Source of the DNA: Chloroflexota bacterium
Lineage (GTDB): Bacteria > Chloroflexota > Dehalococcoidia > Dehalococcoidales > JACPPQ01
Length of the DNA stretch: 64,000 nt
NCBI GenBank assembly: GCA_016190925.1
Contig: JACPPQ010000003.1
Span: 1,531 to 65,530, forward strand
Direction: 5' to 3'
In this document: positions 29,064-38,331 of the stretch, one piece after another
Layout of the letters: the number at the start of each line of letters is the position of its first letter
How positions within the stretch are numbered: the first letter of the stretch is position 1
The notes under the pieces: generated by a model
Seen by the model: only the letters and a program-made list of their open reading frames with translations
What the model was told of the DNA's origin: nothing
Database searches by the model: none
Position numbers and translations under genes: made by a program

Positions 29064-30296
29064 TTACCCCACCCTCTTTTTCCCTGCCAGACCTTCTTGC
29101 AAATCCTCATACAGCTTCACCAACTTTGCTGCGTCTGTCTTCCAACTATATTTGCCCTGCGTTGCCTTCTTGCCTTCCTCACCCATTTTAGCTGCCAGTC
29201 CCGGTTCACGATACAACTTTATTATTGCCTGTGCGAGTGCGCTGGCGTCACCTGACGGAAAAACCAGTCCCGTGCCGGTCTCTTCTACAATGCGTGCCAG
29301 CGGCCTGGCGGAGGAAACGATGACCGGCTTGCCCAGGGCCATGTACTGAAAGAGCTTGTGCGGGATGGTGGTCTCGGTATGCCCCGAGGCGATGTGGGGT
29401 ACCAGGCAGACCCGGCTGGCAGCAACCAGGGATGGCACAAGCGAAAAGGGCTGCCTTCCGGTGAACTCCACGTTCTCAGCCACGCATTCTCTCTGTGCAA
29501 GTTGCCTGAATTCTCTCTCTGTTTCGCCCGGCCCTGTCCCCACCAGGAGCAGTCGGGCGTTGGGGATTTCCCGAAGCACCTGTGGCATCGCGGAAATGGC
29601 CGTGTGTATGCCGCGGTGAGGTCCAAATCCCCCGATGTAAGATATAGTGAAGAATGGCTCGTACTTCTTAACGATGTCCTGTTTCACCGGCAGCGACAAG
29701 AAGTAATCAGGGTCTTCCGTGTTCATCACCACTGTGACTTTTTCCGCCGGTGCTCCACAATCGTTGACATAATGTTCTTTGCCTTCATCCACTACGGCAA
29801 TTACCCTCTCCGCCTTCCGTGCGCAATATTGCTCTACCCTTCGCCAGCGCCAGACAGGGCTAAGCAATTTGCTTTTCCATCCAGTACCCCACACCTTGAT
29901 TGCTTCGGGATAATTTTCATGCAGGTCTGCAACGAGTGGAATCCGGAACCGCCGGGTTACGGCCATGCTTGTTCTAACATTAGGAAGGTCGTGGGCATGT
30001 AGCACCTGAATGTCTTTAGCTTTCACAACCTCTGAAATAGCCCGCGCATGATATTTAGAAACAAAAGAAAGTTGAAATAGGGCAAAGTTGATGGCTCTTC
30101 TTGCCAGGCTCGCGGGCTCAATGCGGATTACGTTGACTCCCCCCACTACCTCATTGCTCGGAGCATTGCCGATTTTCTTGCAAATAAGAAAAACCTCATG
30201 CCCGACATTGAGCAGAGACCTTGCTTCCTTCTCAATGCGAATGTCAGTAGGGAAGGTGGCATCAGCAAGAACCATCAGAATCCTCAATCCTTTCAT
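29064..30296 (-). CDS. Glycosyltransferase, GT4-like
   Basis: LLLVGTGPGE, VEFTGRQP, HTETTIPHKLFQYMALGKPVIVS. Confidence 0.8.
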   Translation of the reverse strand: MKGLRILMVLADATFPTDIRIEKEARSLLNVGHEVFLICKKIGNAPSNEVVGGVNVIRIEPASLARRAINFALFQLSFVSKYHARAISEVVKAKDIQVLHAHDLPNVRTSMAVTRRFRIPLVADLHENYPEAIKVWGTGWKSKLLSPVWRWRRVEQYCARKAERVIAVVDEGKEHYVNDCGAPAEKVTVVMNTEDPDYFLSLPVKQDIVKKYEPFFTISYIGGFGPHRGIHTAISAMPQVLREIPNARLLLVGTGPGETEREFRQLAQRECVAENVEFTGRQPFSLVPSLVAASRVCLVPHIASGHTETTIPHKLFQYMALGKPVIVSSARPLARIVEETGTGLVFPSGDASALAQAIIKLYREPGLAAKMGEEGKKATQGKYSWKTDAAKLVKLYEDLQEGLAGKKRVG

Positions 30297-31414
30297 CTGA
30301 TGAGCACATCCATGATTCTTTCCGCCGCCTTGCCGTCCCAGAAATCTAATTGAATGCCTTTCTTGCCCCGGCCTTCGAGGATTGCGTTGGCTTCCTCTTT
30401 CATCCTTCGAGTGTCGTTACCCACAAGCGTGTTGGTGCCCTGCGTTATCGTTATTGGTCTTTCCGTGGTATCTCTGAGTGTGAGGCAGGGAACATTCAAC
30501 ACGGTGGTCTCCTCCTGCATGCCGCCGGAGTCAGTCATCACAAACGCGGAATCCATCATCAACCTCAAGCAGTCCAGGTACCCCAGCGGCTCGGTGAGCA
30601 AGACGCCTTTTGAGTTTGCAGCGGACTTGTCCATCTGGAAAAGCGAAATGAGTCCGAACTTTTCAATGTTTATCCTTGTACGCGGATGACAGAGAAAGAT
30701 GATAGGCAGTTGCTGCCCCATCTCGTATATCGCTTCGACAAGACGACTCAGGTTCTCTTTATCGTCTACGTTGGAAGGACGGTGCAATGTAAGCAGCGCA
30801 TAATTCCCTTCCCTGAGATTGAAAACGTCTAATATCCGGCGCTGAGACGCCTTTTTTCTATTGTAGAGCAGGCTATCAACCATCACGTCCCCAACGAAGA
30901 AAACCTTTTCTCTGGGAATTCCCTCCTTTATAAGGTTTTCATCTGCATCGCGGGAAGGAGTAAACAAATAGTCTGAAATATGGTCAGTGAGGACGCGGTT
31001 TATCTCCTCAGGCATGCTCTTATCATAAGAACGTAGTCCAGCTTCAACGTGCGCTACTTTGATGTGCAGCTTGACCGCTGCCAGGGCAGCCGCCAGTGTG
31101 GAGTTGACATCCCCCACAACTATTACCATGTCCGGCTTTAGCTCAACGAGCACTTTCTCAAGCTCAAGCATTACCTTTCCAGTCTGCTCAGCATGAGTCC
31201 CGGAGCCGACGCCCAGATGTACGTCTGGCCGGGGTAATTCCAGCTCCTGGAAAAAAAGCTCCGACATCTGGTAATCATAGTGCTGCCCGGTATGGACAAG
31301 CACTCGTTCTACCAAGGGCTTTTCCCCTGAAAAATTATGCCTGTCGATAGCCCGGATAAGGGGGGAAATTTTCATGAAGTTCGGCCTTGCGCCGCAGACC
31401 AGCAGGACTTTCAT
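30293..31414 (-). CDS. UDP-N-acetylglucosamine 2-epimerase family, copy 2 (WbpI-like candidate)
   Basis: [45 protein letters not shown]. Start set at Met11 (31414), a one-base TAATG junction with the upstream stop. Confidence 0.85.
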   Translation of the reverse strand: MKVLLVCGARPNFMKISPLIRAIDRHNFSGEKPLVERVLVHTGQHYDYQMSELFFQELELPRPDVHLGVGSGTHAEQTGKVMLELEKVLVELKPDMVIVVGDVNSTLAAALAAVKLHIKVAHVEAGLRSYDKSMPEEINRVLTDHISDYLFTPSRDADENLIKEGIPREKVFFVGDVMVDSLLYNRKKASQRRILDVFNLREGNYALLTLHRPSNVDDKENLSRLVEAIYEMGQQLPIIFLCHPRTRINIEKFGLISLFQMDKSAANSKGVLLTEPLGYLDCLRLMMDSAFVMTDSGGMQEETTVLNVPCLTLRDTTERPITITQGTNTLVGNDTRRMKEEANAILEGRGKKGIQLDFWDGKAAERIMDVLIR

Positions 31415-32547
31415 TAGCGGACCTTCGTTTCCTCCCGACAACACCGCCCAACCAGCGAAATGATTTCCTCCATTTGCCCCTCGGTTAGCTCAGGATAGAG
31501 AGGCAAAGAGAGTACCTCCGCCTGGGCAAGCTCGCTCTGAGGGAAATCGCCTGGCTTGTATCCCAGATACCGGTAGACTTCCTGAAGATGCAGCGAAAGG
31601 GGATAGTAGATAGCGGTAGCGATTCCCTGCGATGCCAGGAATTCCCTTACTTTGTCGCGTCTTTGCTCTTTGAAACGAAGAGTGTAGTAGTTGAAGCAAT
31701 GGTAAGCATATGGCGCTTCCCACGGGGACTCGATGCCATCGATTTGACTGACGAGCTTTGAATAATGTGACGCCTTCTGCCTTCGCAGTTCAATCCATGA
31801 ATCAAGATACCTGAGCTTGACTCTGAGGATGGCCGCCTGCAAAGAATCGAGGCGACTGTTGAACCCGTGGACCAGGTGATAGTACTTTTCCTTGCTGCCG
31901 TGATTTCTCAGCATCTCCAGCTTTTCGGCAACTGCGGGGTCATCTGTTACTACCATGCCGCCGTCCCCGTAGGCCCCAAGCACCTTGCTGGGGAAGAAGC
32001 TGAGGCACCCGGCGTTGCCTATCGAGCCGACCTTTTTACCCTTGTGCTTTGCTCCCAGCGCCTGGGCGCAGTCTTCGATTACCTTCAGGTTGTGCTCTCG
32101 GGCAATTTTCGTAATTTGTCCCATATCGGCGGGATGTCCGTACAGATGGACGGGAAGGATAGCCGTGGTCTTTTTGGTAATTTTGGCCTCGATTTTCGAG
32201 GGGTCGATGTTGCAGGTCTTCGGGTCTATGTCCACGAATACCGGCTTAGCCCCGCACTTGGCGATGGTTTCCGCGGTGGCAATGAAGGTGAACGGCGTGG
32301 TAAGGACTTCATCGTCCGGCTGGATGCCGCAGGCAAGCAGGGCAAGCTCAAGCGCATCGGTGCCGGAAGCCACGCCCACCGCATACTTCACATCCAGGTA
32401 CGCGGCCATGTCCTCCTCGAAGGCTTTTAGCTCCGGCCCCAGGATAAACTCGCCACGTTCGATGACCTCGCCTACAGCAGAGTCGATTTCCGTTTTTAGC
32501 GATTTATATTGTAATTTAAGGTCAACCAGGGGAATTTTCATTGTCAC
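31414..32547 (-). CDS. DegT/DnrJ/EryC1/StrS PLP-dependent sugar aminotransferase (WbpE-like)
   Basis: [38 protein letters not shown] (PLP lysine region). Confidence 0.85.
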   Translation of the reverse strand: MTMKIPLVDLKLQYKSLKTEIDSAVGEVIERGEFILGPELKAFEEDMAAYLDVKYAVGVASGTDALELALLACGIQPDDEVLTTPFTFIATAETIAKCGAKPVFVDIDPKTCNIDPSKIEAKITKKTTAILPVHLYGHPADMGQITKIAREHNLKVIEDCAQALGAKHKGKKVGSIGNAGCLSFFPSKVLGAYGDGGMVVTDDPAVAEKLEMLRNHGSKEKYYHLVHGFNSRLDSLQAAILRVKLRYLDSWIELRRQKASHYSKLVSQIDGIESPWEAPYAYHCFNYYTLRFKEQRRDKVREFLASQGIATAIYYPLSLHLQEVYRYLGYKPGDFPQSELAQAEVLSLPLYPELTEGQMEEIISLVGRCCREETKVR

Positions 32548-32548
32548 C

Positions 32549-34111
32549 TCACGTCAGGGGCGAGCATATCTTGTCTTCTAATCGGTACACTTTAGCGCAG
32601 CGCGGACAACGAAGGGTGTTTCCCTTTCCTTTTAGCTCTTCTCCACACTCGCACATCCAACCGTGAATCCTGGCTGGATTTCCGTAGACCAGAGCATAGT
32701 CGGGAATATCCTTCGTCACTACTGCTCCGGCGCCGATGAACGCGAATTGCCCGATAGTATTTCCACAGACAATAGTAGCATTAGCGCCGATGCTGGCGCC
32801 CTTTTTCACCAGCGTTGGATTGAAATCATCTTTCCGGGACACATGGCTACGCGGATTCACAACGTTAGTAAAGACACTTGAGGGACCGCAAAAAACATCA
32901 TCTTCCAGCGTCACTCCCTCGAAAACAGAGACGTTGTTTTGAATTTTCACGTTGTTACCTATCTTCGTTCCCTTCCCGATAAACACATTCTGCCCGATAA
33001 CGCAGTTCTTCCCGATGGTTACGTTGGGCATAATATGGGAAAAATGCCAGATTTTCGTCCCTTCGCCGATGGCGAAGGGCTTCTCAATGACGCTGGACTC
33101 GTGGACAAAGTGGTCTTTTTCTTTCTTGCCTATAGGAACAATCGCTCCCCTGTTTCCGAGAGAAGCCTGGCAATGTGAGAGAATCTCCAGGACCTGCACT
33201 CCCTTACGGCCGTCGGTTTTCGGCTTTTTACGGCTTTCTATGCATTCGATGAAGTTCTGGCACTCCCTTCTCAGAGGTTCTTCGGAAGAGACCTCGATAG
33301 CCTCCGCCTCCTTGCGATGGGGAACAGGTTTTCTATCTATCCATTCTATTTCATGGCTGAAAAGCAGCAGCTTATTTTGTGCGGTATCATTGAACTCTGC
33401 CATCTTCCTATCGCCTACAACCACCAGCTTTTGTTCTTTGTACGGGTGAAGCCAGCTAACAAAGATGTGCGCCCTGGCTCCGCTCCTGAAGCTCATGGTA
33501 GTCACCGTGACATCCGCGATGTCCTGGTGAAGATAATAGCCACCGTGAGCAGAGACCTCGTGGGGCATCTCTCCGCCGAGAAGAAGAAGTATAACGGATA
33601 TGTCATGGGGCGCAAAACTCCACAGTATGTTTTCCTCGGTGCGGAACTTCCCCAGGTTCAAGCGGTTCGAATAGATGTACTGGATTTTCCCGAGAGCGCC
33701 GCCATCAACCAGCTCCTTAAGCTTTTCCACGGCAGGATGATGTTCGAGAAGATGTCCCACCATCAGGATTCTTCCTTTTTCCTCAGCCAGCGCAACAAGC
33801 TCTTTACCTTCTTCCACTTTTAAAGACAGCGGCTTTTCCACAAAGGCATCTTTTCCCGCCAGGAGGCACTCTTTTGCCAGGGAGTAGTGCGTTGCGGCGG
33901 GCGTGGCAATGACTACGCCTTTTATCTCTTTGTTCTTCAGCAGGTCGGAATAGTCACATTCTCTGAAGACCTGGGGATACTTCGAAGTGGCTTCTTTGAG
34001 CCTGGCGGCGTCAACATCGCAGACGGTGTGAAGGGCGCCTAACTCCGCAAAGTTTCGCACCAGGTTCTTGCCCCAGTAGCCCGAGCCGATGACCGCTATG
34101 TTTTTATTCAT
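32549..34111 (-). CDS. Fusion: Gfo/Idh/MocA oxidoreductase + hexapeptide N-acetyltransferase + C-terminal zinc-ribbon tail
   Basis: N-terminal [12 protein letters not shown] and FVEKPL. C-terminal [40 protein letters not shown]. The last ~35 aa are CECGEEL...CPRCAKVY. Confidence 0.8.
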   Translation of the reverse strand: MNKNIAVIGSGYWGKNLVRNFAELGALHTVCDVDAARLKEATSKYPQVFRECDYSDLLKNKEIKGVVIATPAATHYSLAKECLLAGKDAFVEKPLSLKVEEGKELVALAEEKGRILMVGHLLEHHPAVEKLKELVDGGALGKIQYIYSNRLNLGKFRTEENILWSFAPHDISVILLLLGGEMPHEVSAHGGYYLHQDIADVTVTTMSFRSGARAHIFVSWLHPYKEQKLVVVGDRKMAEFNDTAQNKLLLFSHEIEWIDRKPVPHRKEAEAIEVSSEEPLRRECQNFIECIESRKKPKTDGRKGVQVLEILSHCQASLGNRGAIVPIGKKEKDHFVHESSVIEKPFAIGEGTKIWHFSHIMPNVTIGKNCVIGQNVFIGKGTKIGNNVKIQNNVSVFEGVTLEDDVFCGPSSVFTNVVNPRSHVSRKDDFNPTLVKKGASIGANATIVCGNTIGQFAFIGAGAVVTKDIPDYALVYGNPARIHGWMCECGEELKGKGNTLRCPRCAKVYRLEDKICSPLT

Positions 34112-35126
34112 AGCCTTCTCTCAACTTTTTCCAGGCTTGTTTCCATTGCCGGTGGGGCATAGCATAAAAGCCGCTGACCATTTCATCTTCTGAGACATCA
34201 TAGGCAACCACTGCATTTAGTAGAATTTTTGCTCTATTGCCGATAGATACACCATTTGAGATTGTTACACCAATTCCAATCCATACATCCTCACCAATTT
34301 TATCACTTCCACCGATGCAGGTCTGAGCAGCTATCAGCGTTCTCGGCCCAATTTTTGCATTATGGCCTATATGAACAAGGTTATCTATTTTCACATCATC
34401 GGAGAGAACAGTGGCGTCATCTTCGAATGTTGCACGGTCGACCGCTGAATTGGCTCCCACTTCAACTCTATTGCCTATTTTTACCACACCGGCGTGCTGA
34501 ATTTTCATTGTTCTTTTGTGCTCGATGTCCTGTTCAAACCTGAACCCATCACCACCTATTCGCGCTCCAGAATCGATGGTGCAATCATCGCCAATATAGC
34601 AGCGACTATAAACACAAACTCCCGGATAGATGCGGGTACCGCTGCCTAGAGTCACTCCATCAAGTAAACACGTGTTATGCAATATTTTTGTTCCATCACC
34701 AATGATTACATTCTTGCCTATGAACACATTTTCACCAATATAGACTTTTTCCCCAATTATGGCGCTCTCATCAACAAAAGATGTGCCCGATATTCCTACT
34801 TCCAGAATATCATTAAAATCCCTATAAAAATAATCTTGCAAGTCTATTAAAGAATCCAAGACATCTTGCACAACAATATATGTATTCTGAGGATACCTTG
34901 TGCAAAACTCGGAGAGAGTCTTTGGAATCAGCACTATCGCATTTTGCAGTCCGGCAAGCAGTTCACCATACTTCCTGTTTCTAATGAATGAAACCTTGTC
35001 TTTGACATAATTATCTATGGTGCAGGTGCCGATTATTTTGGTGTCTTTATTGAAGCTGCCCACTATTGCACCTTGGAGTTTGATGGCTAGTTCACTGATG
35101 CTGAGTTCTTTCACCAACAGTCTCAC
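34104..35126 (-). CDS. LpxD-like UDP-aminosugar N-acyltransferase
   Basis: LpxD-type N-terminal domain plus a long LbH domain. IGGDGFRF...KIGNRVEVGANSAVDRATFEDDATVLSDDVKIDNLVHIGHNAKIG follows the LpxD active-site pattern. Confidence 0.7.
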   Translation of the reverse strand: MRLLVKELSISELAIKLQGAIVGSFNKDTKIIGTCTIDNYVKDKVSFIRNRKYGELLAGLQNAIVLIPKTLSEFCTRYPQNTYIVVQDVLDSLIDLQDYFYRDFNDILEVGISGTSFVDESAIIGEKVYIGENVFIGKNVIIGDGTKILHNTCLLDGVTLGSGTRIYPGVCVYSRCYIGDDCTIDSGARIGGDGFRFEQDIEHKRTMKIQHAGVVKIGNRVEVGANSAVDRATFEDDATVLSDDVKIDNLVHIGHNAKIGPRTLIAAQTCIGGSDKIGEDVWIGIGVTISNGVSIGNRAKILLNAVVAYDVSEDEMVSGFYAMPHRQWKQAWKKLREGYE

Positions 35127-35127
35127 T

Positions 35128-35775
35128 TTACCTCAGAATCCACCTGACTACTTCAAATGTTTCGGCATAGGTTGTATTGACCTGAACCCCTCTGGTACGA
35201 GCCCAGCCATCGATGAACTCTGGGGAAGCATAATTTCGGCTTTCCTGCGACTGATAACATCTTATGGACTGTATTTTTTTCTCCAAGTGCTGCTTTTCCA
35301 GTGGTATAAAAAGGGAAGTAGTGAAGTTGAACAGATTCCATGGCAATTCGTAGCACAGGATATTGCTATTTTTGAAAGCTCTTATCCCTTCTTCAGCAAT
35401 AGTGTGATGGTCTTGGTGCACATCTGCTAATGATGGTAAGAGCACTAATTCTGGATTAAGTTGTTTTCGAAGGCTGACCAATATTTCCAGAATTTCCTGT
35501 CTAAATTGAGGAAACTTTCGCACCTCAAATTTATAAATATACAAGTTCCTCTGCGTTATTCCGAGCACTCTAGTTGCTGCCGTTACCTCGTGTTCTAGGA
35601 TATCTTTCGGCAGGCCTTCAGGCACTGATTTCTCAGCTATACTGAAAGTAACATAGGAGACCTCTTTGCCCTCTTCCACCCACTTGGCGACTGCCCCTCC
35701 TGCACCAAACTCAACATCGTCCGTGTGCGGTGCTAAAACCAGAACTCGTGTAAACTCATGAACCATCGGCCTCAC
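35128..35775 (-). CDS. PIG-L (LmbE) family N-acetyl-sugar deacetylase
   Basis: VLVLAPHTDDVEFGAGG and HQDH zinc-deacetylase motifs. Confidence 0.8.
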   Translation of the reverse strand: MRPMVHEFTRVLVLAPHTDDVEFGAGGAVAKWVEEGKEVSYVTFSIAEKSVPEGLPKDILEHEVTAATRVLGITQRNLYIYKFEVRKFPQFRQEILEILVSLRKQLNPELVLLPSLADVHQDHHTIAEEGIRAFKNSNILCYELPWNLFNFTTSLFIPLEKQHLEKKIQSIRCYQSQESRNYASPEFIDGWARTRGVQVNTTYAETFEVVRWILR

Positions 35776-35788
35776 CCATCACAAGCAT

Positions 35789-36793
35789 TTAGATTTCGTT
35801 TTTGCCCATATGCGCAATAGCGTTAAGTCTTTGTTGGAAGCTCTTGAAGGTTTCCTTAAGACCATCTTCGAGACTGTACTTCGGCTCATAGCCAAAGGCC
35901 CGTGCGCGGGAAATATCCGCCAGGCTATCTCTGATATCTCCCGGCCTCGGCTCCGCGTGCACCGGTTTGATGTTGTTCCCCGCAAGCCCCGTGATAAGCT
36001 CAGCCAGGCGGTTCAGGGTAACGCTCTCGCCCCTCCCGATATTGAAGACACCCGTAGCATCGCTCTCAGCCGCAAGGATGTTCGCCGTTACTGCATCCTT
36101 AACAAAGGTAAAGTCGCGTGTTTGCTTCCCATCTCCGAAGATGACCGGCGGCTCACTTTTGGAAGCGCACATTATGAACCTGGGTATAACTGCCGCGTAT
36201 TCGGAACGGGGGTCCTGCCTGGGCCCATAGATGTTGAAGTATCTCAAGGATACCGTGGGAAGTCCAAAGGCCTCCTGGAAGACGCAGCAATAGTGCTCTC
36301 CCGCGAGTTTGGTCACGGCATAAGGGGACAGGGGGTTGGGCGCCATATTCTCGGTCTTGGGAAGCGTGGGGGTGTCTCCATACGCAGAGGAGGAGGAAGA
36401 ATAGATGACCTTTTTGACCGAATTTTCTCTTGCGGCCAGAAGCACGTTCAATGTCCCCGTTGCGTTGACTTCGTGGGATGTCAGGGGGTCTTTTATGCTG
36501 CGTGGCACGCTGGGAAGAGCGGCGAGATGGAAAACGTACTTTACATCTCGAAGAGCTTTTCTAAGAGAGGGAAGGTCCGTGACGCTACCTTTGACAAGCT
36601 CCGCGCTATCCTCTCGGAGCAATGGCTCCACATTATCCACTTTCCCCGTGGAAAGGTCATCAAATATTATGACCTTGTAGCCTTGCTTTACCAGTTCTTC
36701 GACAAGATGCGAACCAATGAAACCTGCCCCACCAGTGACAACCACCTTTATCTTATTCACTTTGCTCCCAACGGTTACAAGCGGCACAACCAC
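35789..36793 (-). CDS. NAD-dependent nucleotide-sugar 4-epimerase (WbpP/TviC-like extended SDR)
   Basis: VVVTGGAGFIGSHL, SPYAVTKLAGE (YxxxK), RYFNIYGPRQ. Confidence 0.8.
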   Translation of the reverse strand: MVVPLVTVGSKVNKIKVVVTGGAGFIGSHLVEELVKQGYKVIIFDDLSTGKVDNVEPLLREDSAELVKGSVTDLPSLRKALRDVKYVFHLAALPSVPRSIKDPLTSHEVNATGTLNVLLAARENSVKKVIYSSSSSAYGDTPTLPKTENMAPNPLSPYAVTKLAGEHYCCVFQEAFGLPTVSLRYFNIYGPRQDPRSEYAAVIPRFIMCASKSEPPVIFGDGKQTRDFTFVKDAVTANILAAESDATGVFNIGRGESVTLNRLAELITGLAGNNIKPVHAEPRPGDIRDSLADISRARAFGYEPKYSLEDGLKETFKSFQQRLNAIAHMGKNEI

Positions 36794-36914
36794 CTCACCT
36801 CAACTGCCACAAATTTATTATAACTGAGCCAGGACAAGCCTGCAAGCCGTGCTAAGGCGGCGGGCTTCCTGCTCGTATATTACCCCGAAAATAGGCTTCT
36901 CGCCTCGCCATTGT

Positions 36915-37017
36915 GTCATTCCAGTCCGCCCCAGGCGGAGAATCAAGCGGTGGGAAAACGGGGTCTGGATTCTGGCTCCCGTATCGCGGTACGAGACAAG
37001 CTTAGCCAGAATGACAG
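36915..37017. repeat. Hairpin repeat modules (GTCATTC...GAATC type), one carrying a nested insert
   Basis: 36915-36944 is GTCATTCCAG-TCCGCC-CCAG-GCGGA-GAATC. 36965-37017 is CTGGATTCTGGCT...AGCCAGAATGACAG with a 26-nt insert (cccgtatcgcggtacgagacaagctt) in the loop. Confidence 0.8.
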
Positions 37018-37111
37018 CTTAAATCAAACGCACTATTTTCATATTTCGTGATGCTGGCTGCAAGCCAGAATGAAAAATTGTTACGTTGAGATGAAAGTGT
37101 TGAGATGAGCG

Positions 37112-37141
37112 TTGACATTTGAGCCAGGCAATCACTATAGT
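37112..37141 (+). promoter_or_regulatory. Putative sigma70-type promoter for the DUF1616 gene
   Basis: TTGACA (37112-37117), 18 nt spacer, TATAGT (37136-37141), about 40 nt upstream of the TTG start at 37183. Confidence 0.3.
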
Positions 37142-37182
37142 TAAGGTGTAAACTTAACTCGCAAAGGACGCTGTTATCAAAT

Positions 37183-38118
37183 TTGAAGCTACGCATTAAG
37201 AATGAACTCCTCCTAATCGATATCTTTGTAGTTCTGCTAGTTGTCGTTGCTATCTTCTTTCCCGTCCCCGCTCTCCGAGTAGTTTTGGGACTGCCTTTCT
37301 TTTTGTTTTTCCCCGGGTACACTTTGACCGTCTCCCTGTTCCCAAAGAAAGATAGCCTGGGGGTTATTGAAAGGGTAGTGCTGAGCTTCGGACTCTCAAT
37401 CGGGGTTTCTGCTTTCATCCTGATGATTCTCAATGCCACCGAACTGGGCGTGAATTTGTATCCGGTGCTCATCTCGCTCTCTGCTTTTATCCTATTAACA
37501 TCGTATATTGGCTGGTATCGGAGACACAAAATTTTACCGGAAGAAAGATACGGCGTTGCCATAGAAGTGAATCTACCTTCTCTGGAAGGGCAATCCCGTG
37601 GAAGAAAAGTATTATTCGTTTTCCTTATTGCCGTGATTTTGGTGTCTCTGGCAGCTATCGGCTACGTCATCGCTTCACCTCGAAGCGAAGAACGGTTCTC
37701 CGAGTTTTATTTGCTCGGTCGTTATGGCAAGGTGGAATATTACCCTGGTAGATTCACCATGGAAAAAGGTAAAGTGGTTGCTGTCGAATACGGAGATGAA
37801 GCAGGAGGGGTAAATACTCAACGCGGTGAAGTGACTTTGGTGATAATAAACCATGAATACCAGCGTTCGGTTTATCAGATAGGAGTGAGACTGAATGCGC
37901 GAGATATAGCCGTGGGCCTGGATGGTGAGGACCGGACACTCATAGGTCCGATAAGGCTTGAACCCGATGAGAAATGGGAAAGGGTGATAAGCTTTGCTCC
38001 GCTACGTGCCGGCGATAACCAAAAAGTAGAGTTCATCCTGTATAAGGACGGGGTCCAATACTTTCAAACCCCTGCATATATTTGGATAAATGTGGTGGAG
38101 CTGGACTCCGGCCAGTAG
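37183..38118 (+). CDS. DUF1616-type membrane protein
   Basis: TTG start. The N-terminus IDIFVVLLVVVAIFFPVPALRVVLGLPFFLFFPGYTL matches my recollection of DUF1616, a family that is mostly archaeal. Several TM helices are followed by a soluble C-terminal half. Confidence 0.55.
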   Translation: MKLRIKNELLLIDIFVVLLVVVAIFFPVPALRVVLGLPFFLFFPGYTLTVSLFPKKDSLGVIERVVLSFGLSIGVSAFILMILNATELGVNLYPVLISLSAFILLTSYIGWYRRHKILPEERYGVAIEVNLPSLEGQSRGRKVLFVFLIAVILVSLAAIGYVIASPRSEERFSEFYLLGRYGKVEYYPGRFTMEKGKVVAVEYGDEAGGVNTQRGEVTLVIINHEYQRSVYQIGVRLNARDIAVGLDGEDRTLIGPIRLEPDEKWERVISFAPLRAGDNQKVEFILYKDGVQYFQTPAYIWINVVELDSGQ

Positions 38119-38331
38119 GTGCTTGCCGTACCGCTGCCATAACAGTTTGTGCATAGTCCCGGGAGGTAATATAATATATTGATTGTCCTGTCCGCGGCAA
38201 GGGTTGCTCGAATCCATATCTACCATGCGCTGAATATATCCTCTATGTGCGCGGTTGAGTGCTGACAGAAGCATGCGCAAGAAGTAGACCATTTGCCGGT
38301 AAGCTGGAATGTTCCTGGCAGTTCCAGGTAA

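Noticed and set aside
34104-35126. Interpreting the LpxD-like gene as evidence for lipid A/LPS synthesis.
   Set aside because: The window has no lpxA, lpxC, lpxB, lpxK or kdt genes, and the gene is embedded in a nucleotide-sugar modification operon. One paralog cannot support an outer-membrane claim.
35810-36823. Long antisense ORFs opposite well-supported genes: 35810-36823, 58778-60043, 28077-28784, 10613-11257, 40967-41716, 39886-40638, 38002-38622, 54535-55395 and 53797-54522.
   Set aside because: Each lies fully inside or opposite a gene with clear family motifs. Their translations are low-complexity and Arg/Gly/Pro-rich, with no recognisable motifs. They are typical shadow ORFs in GC-rich coding DNA.
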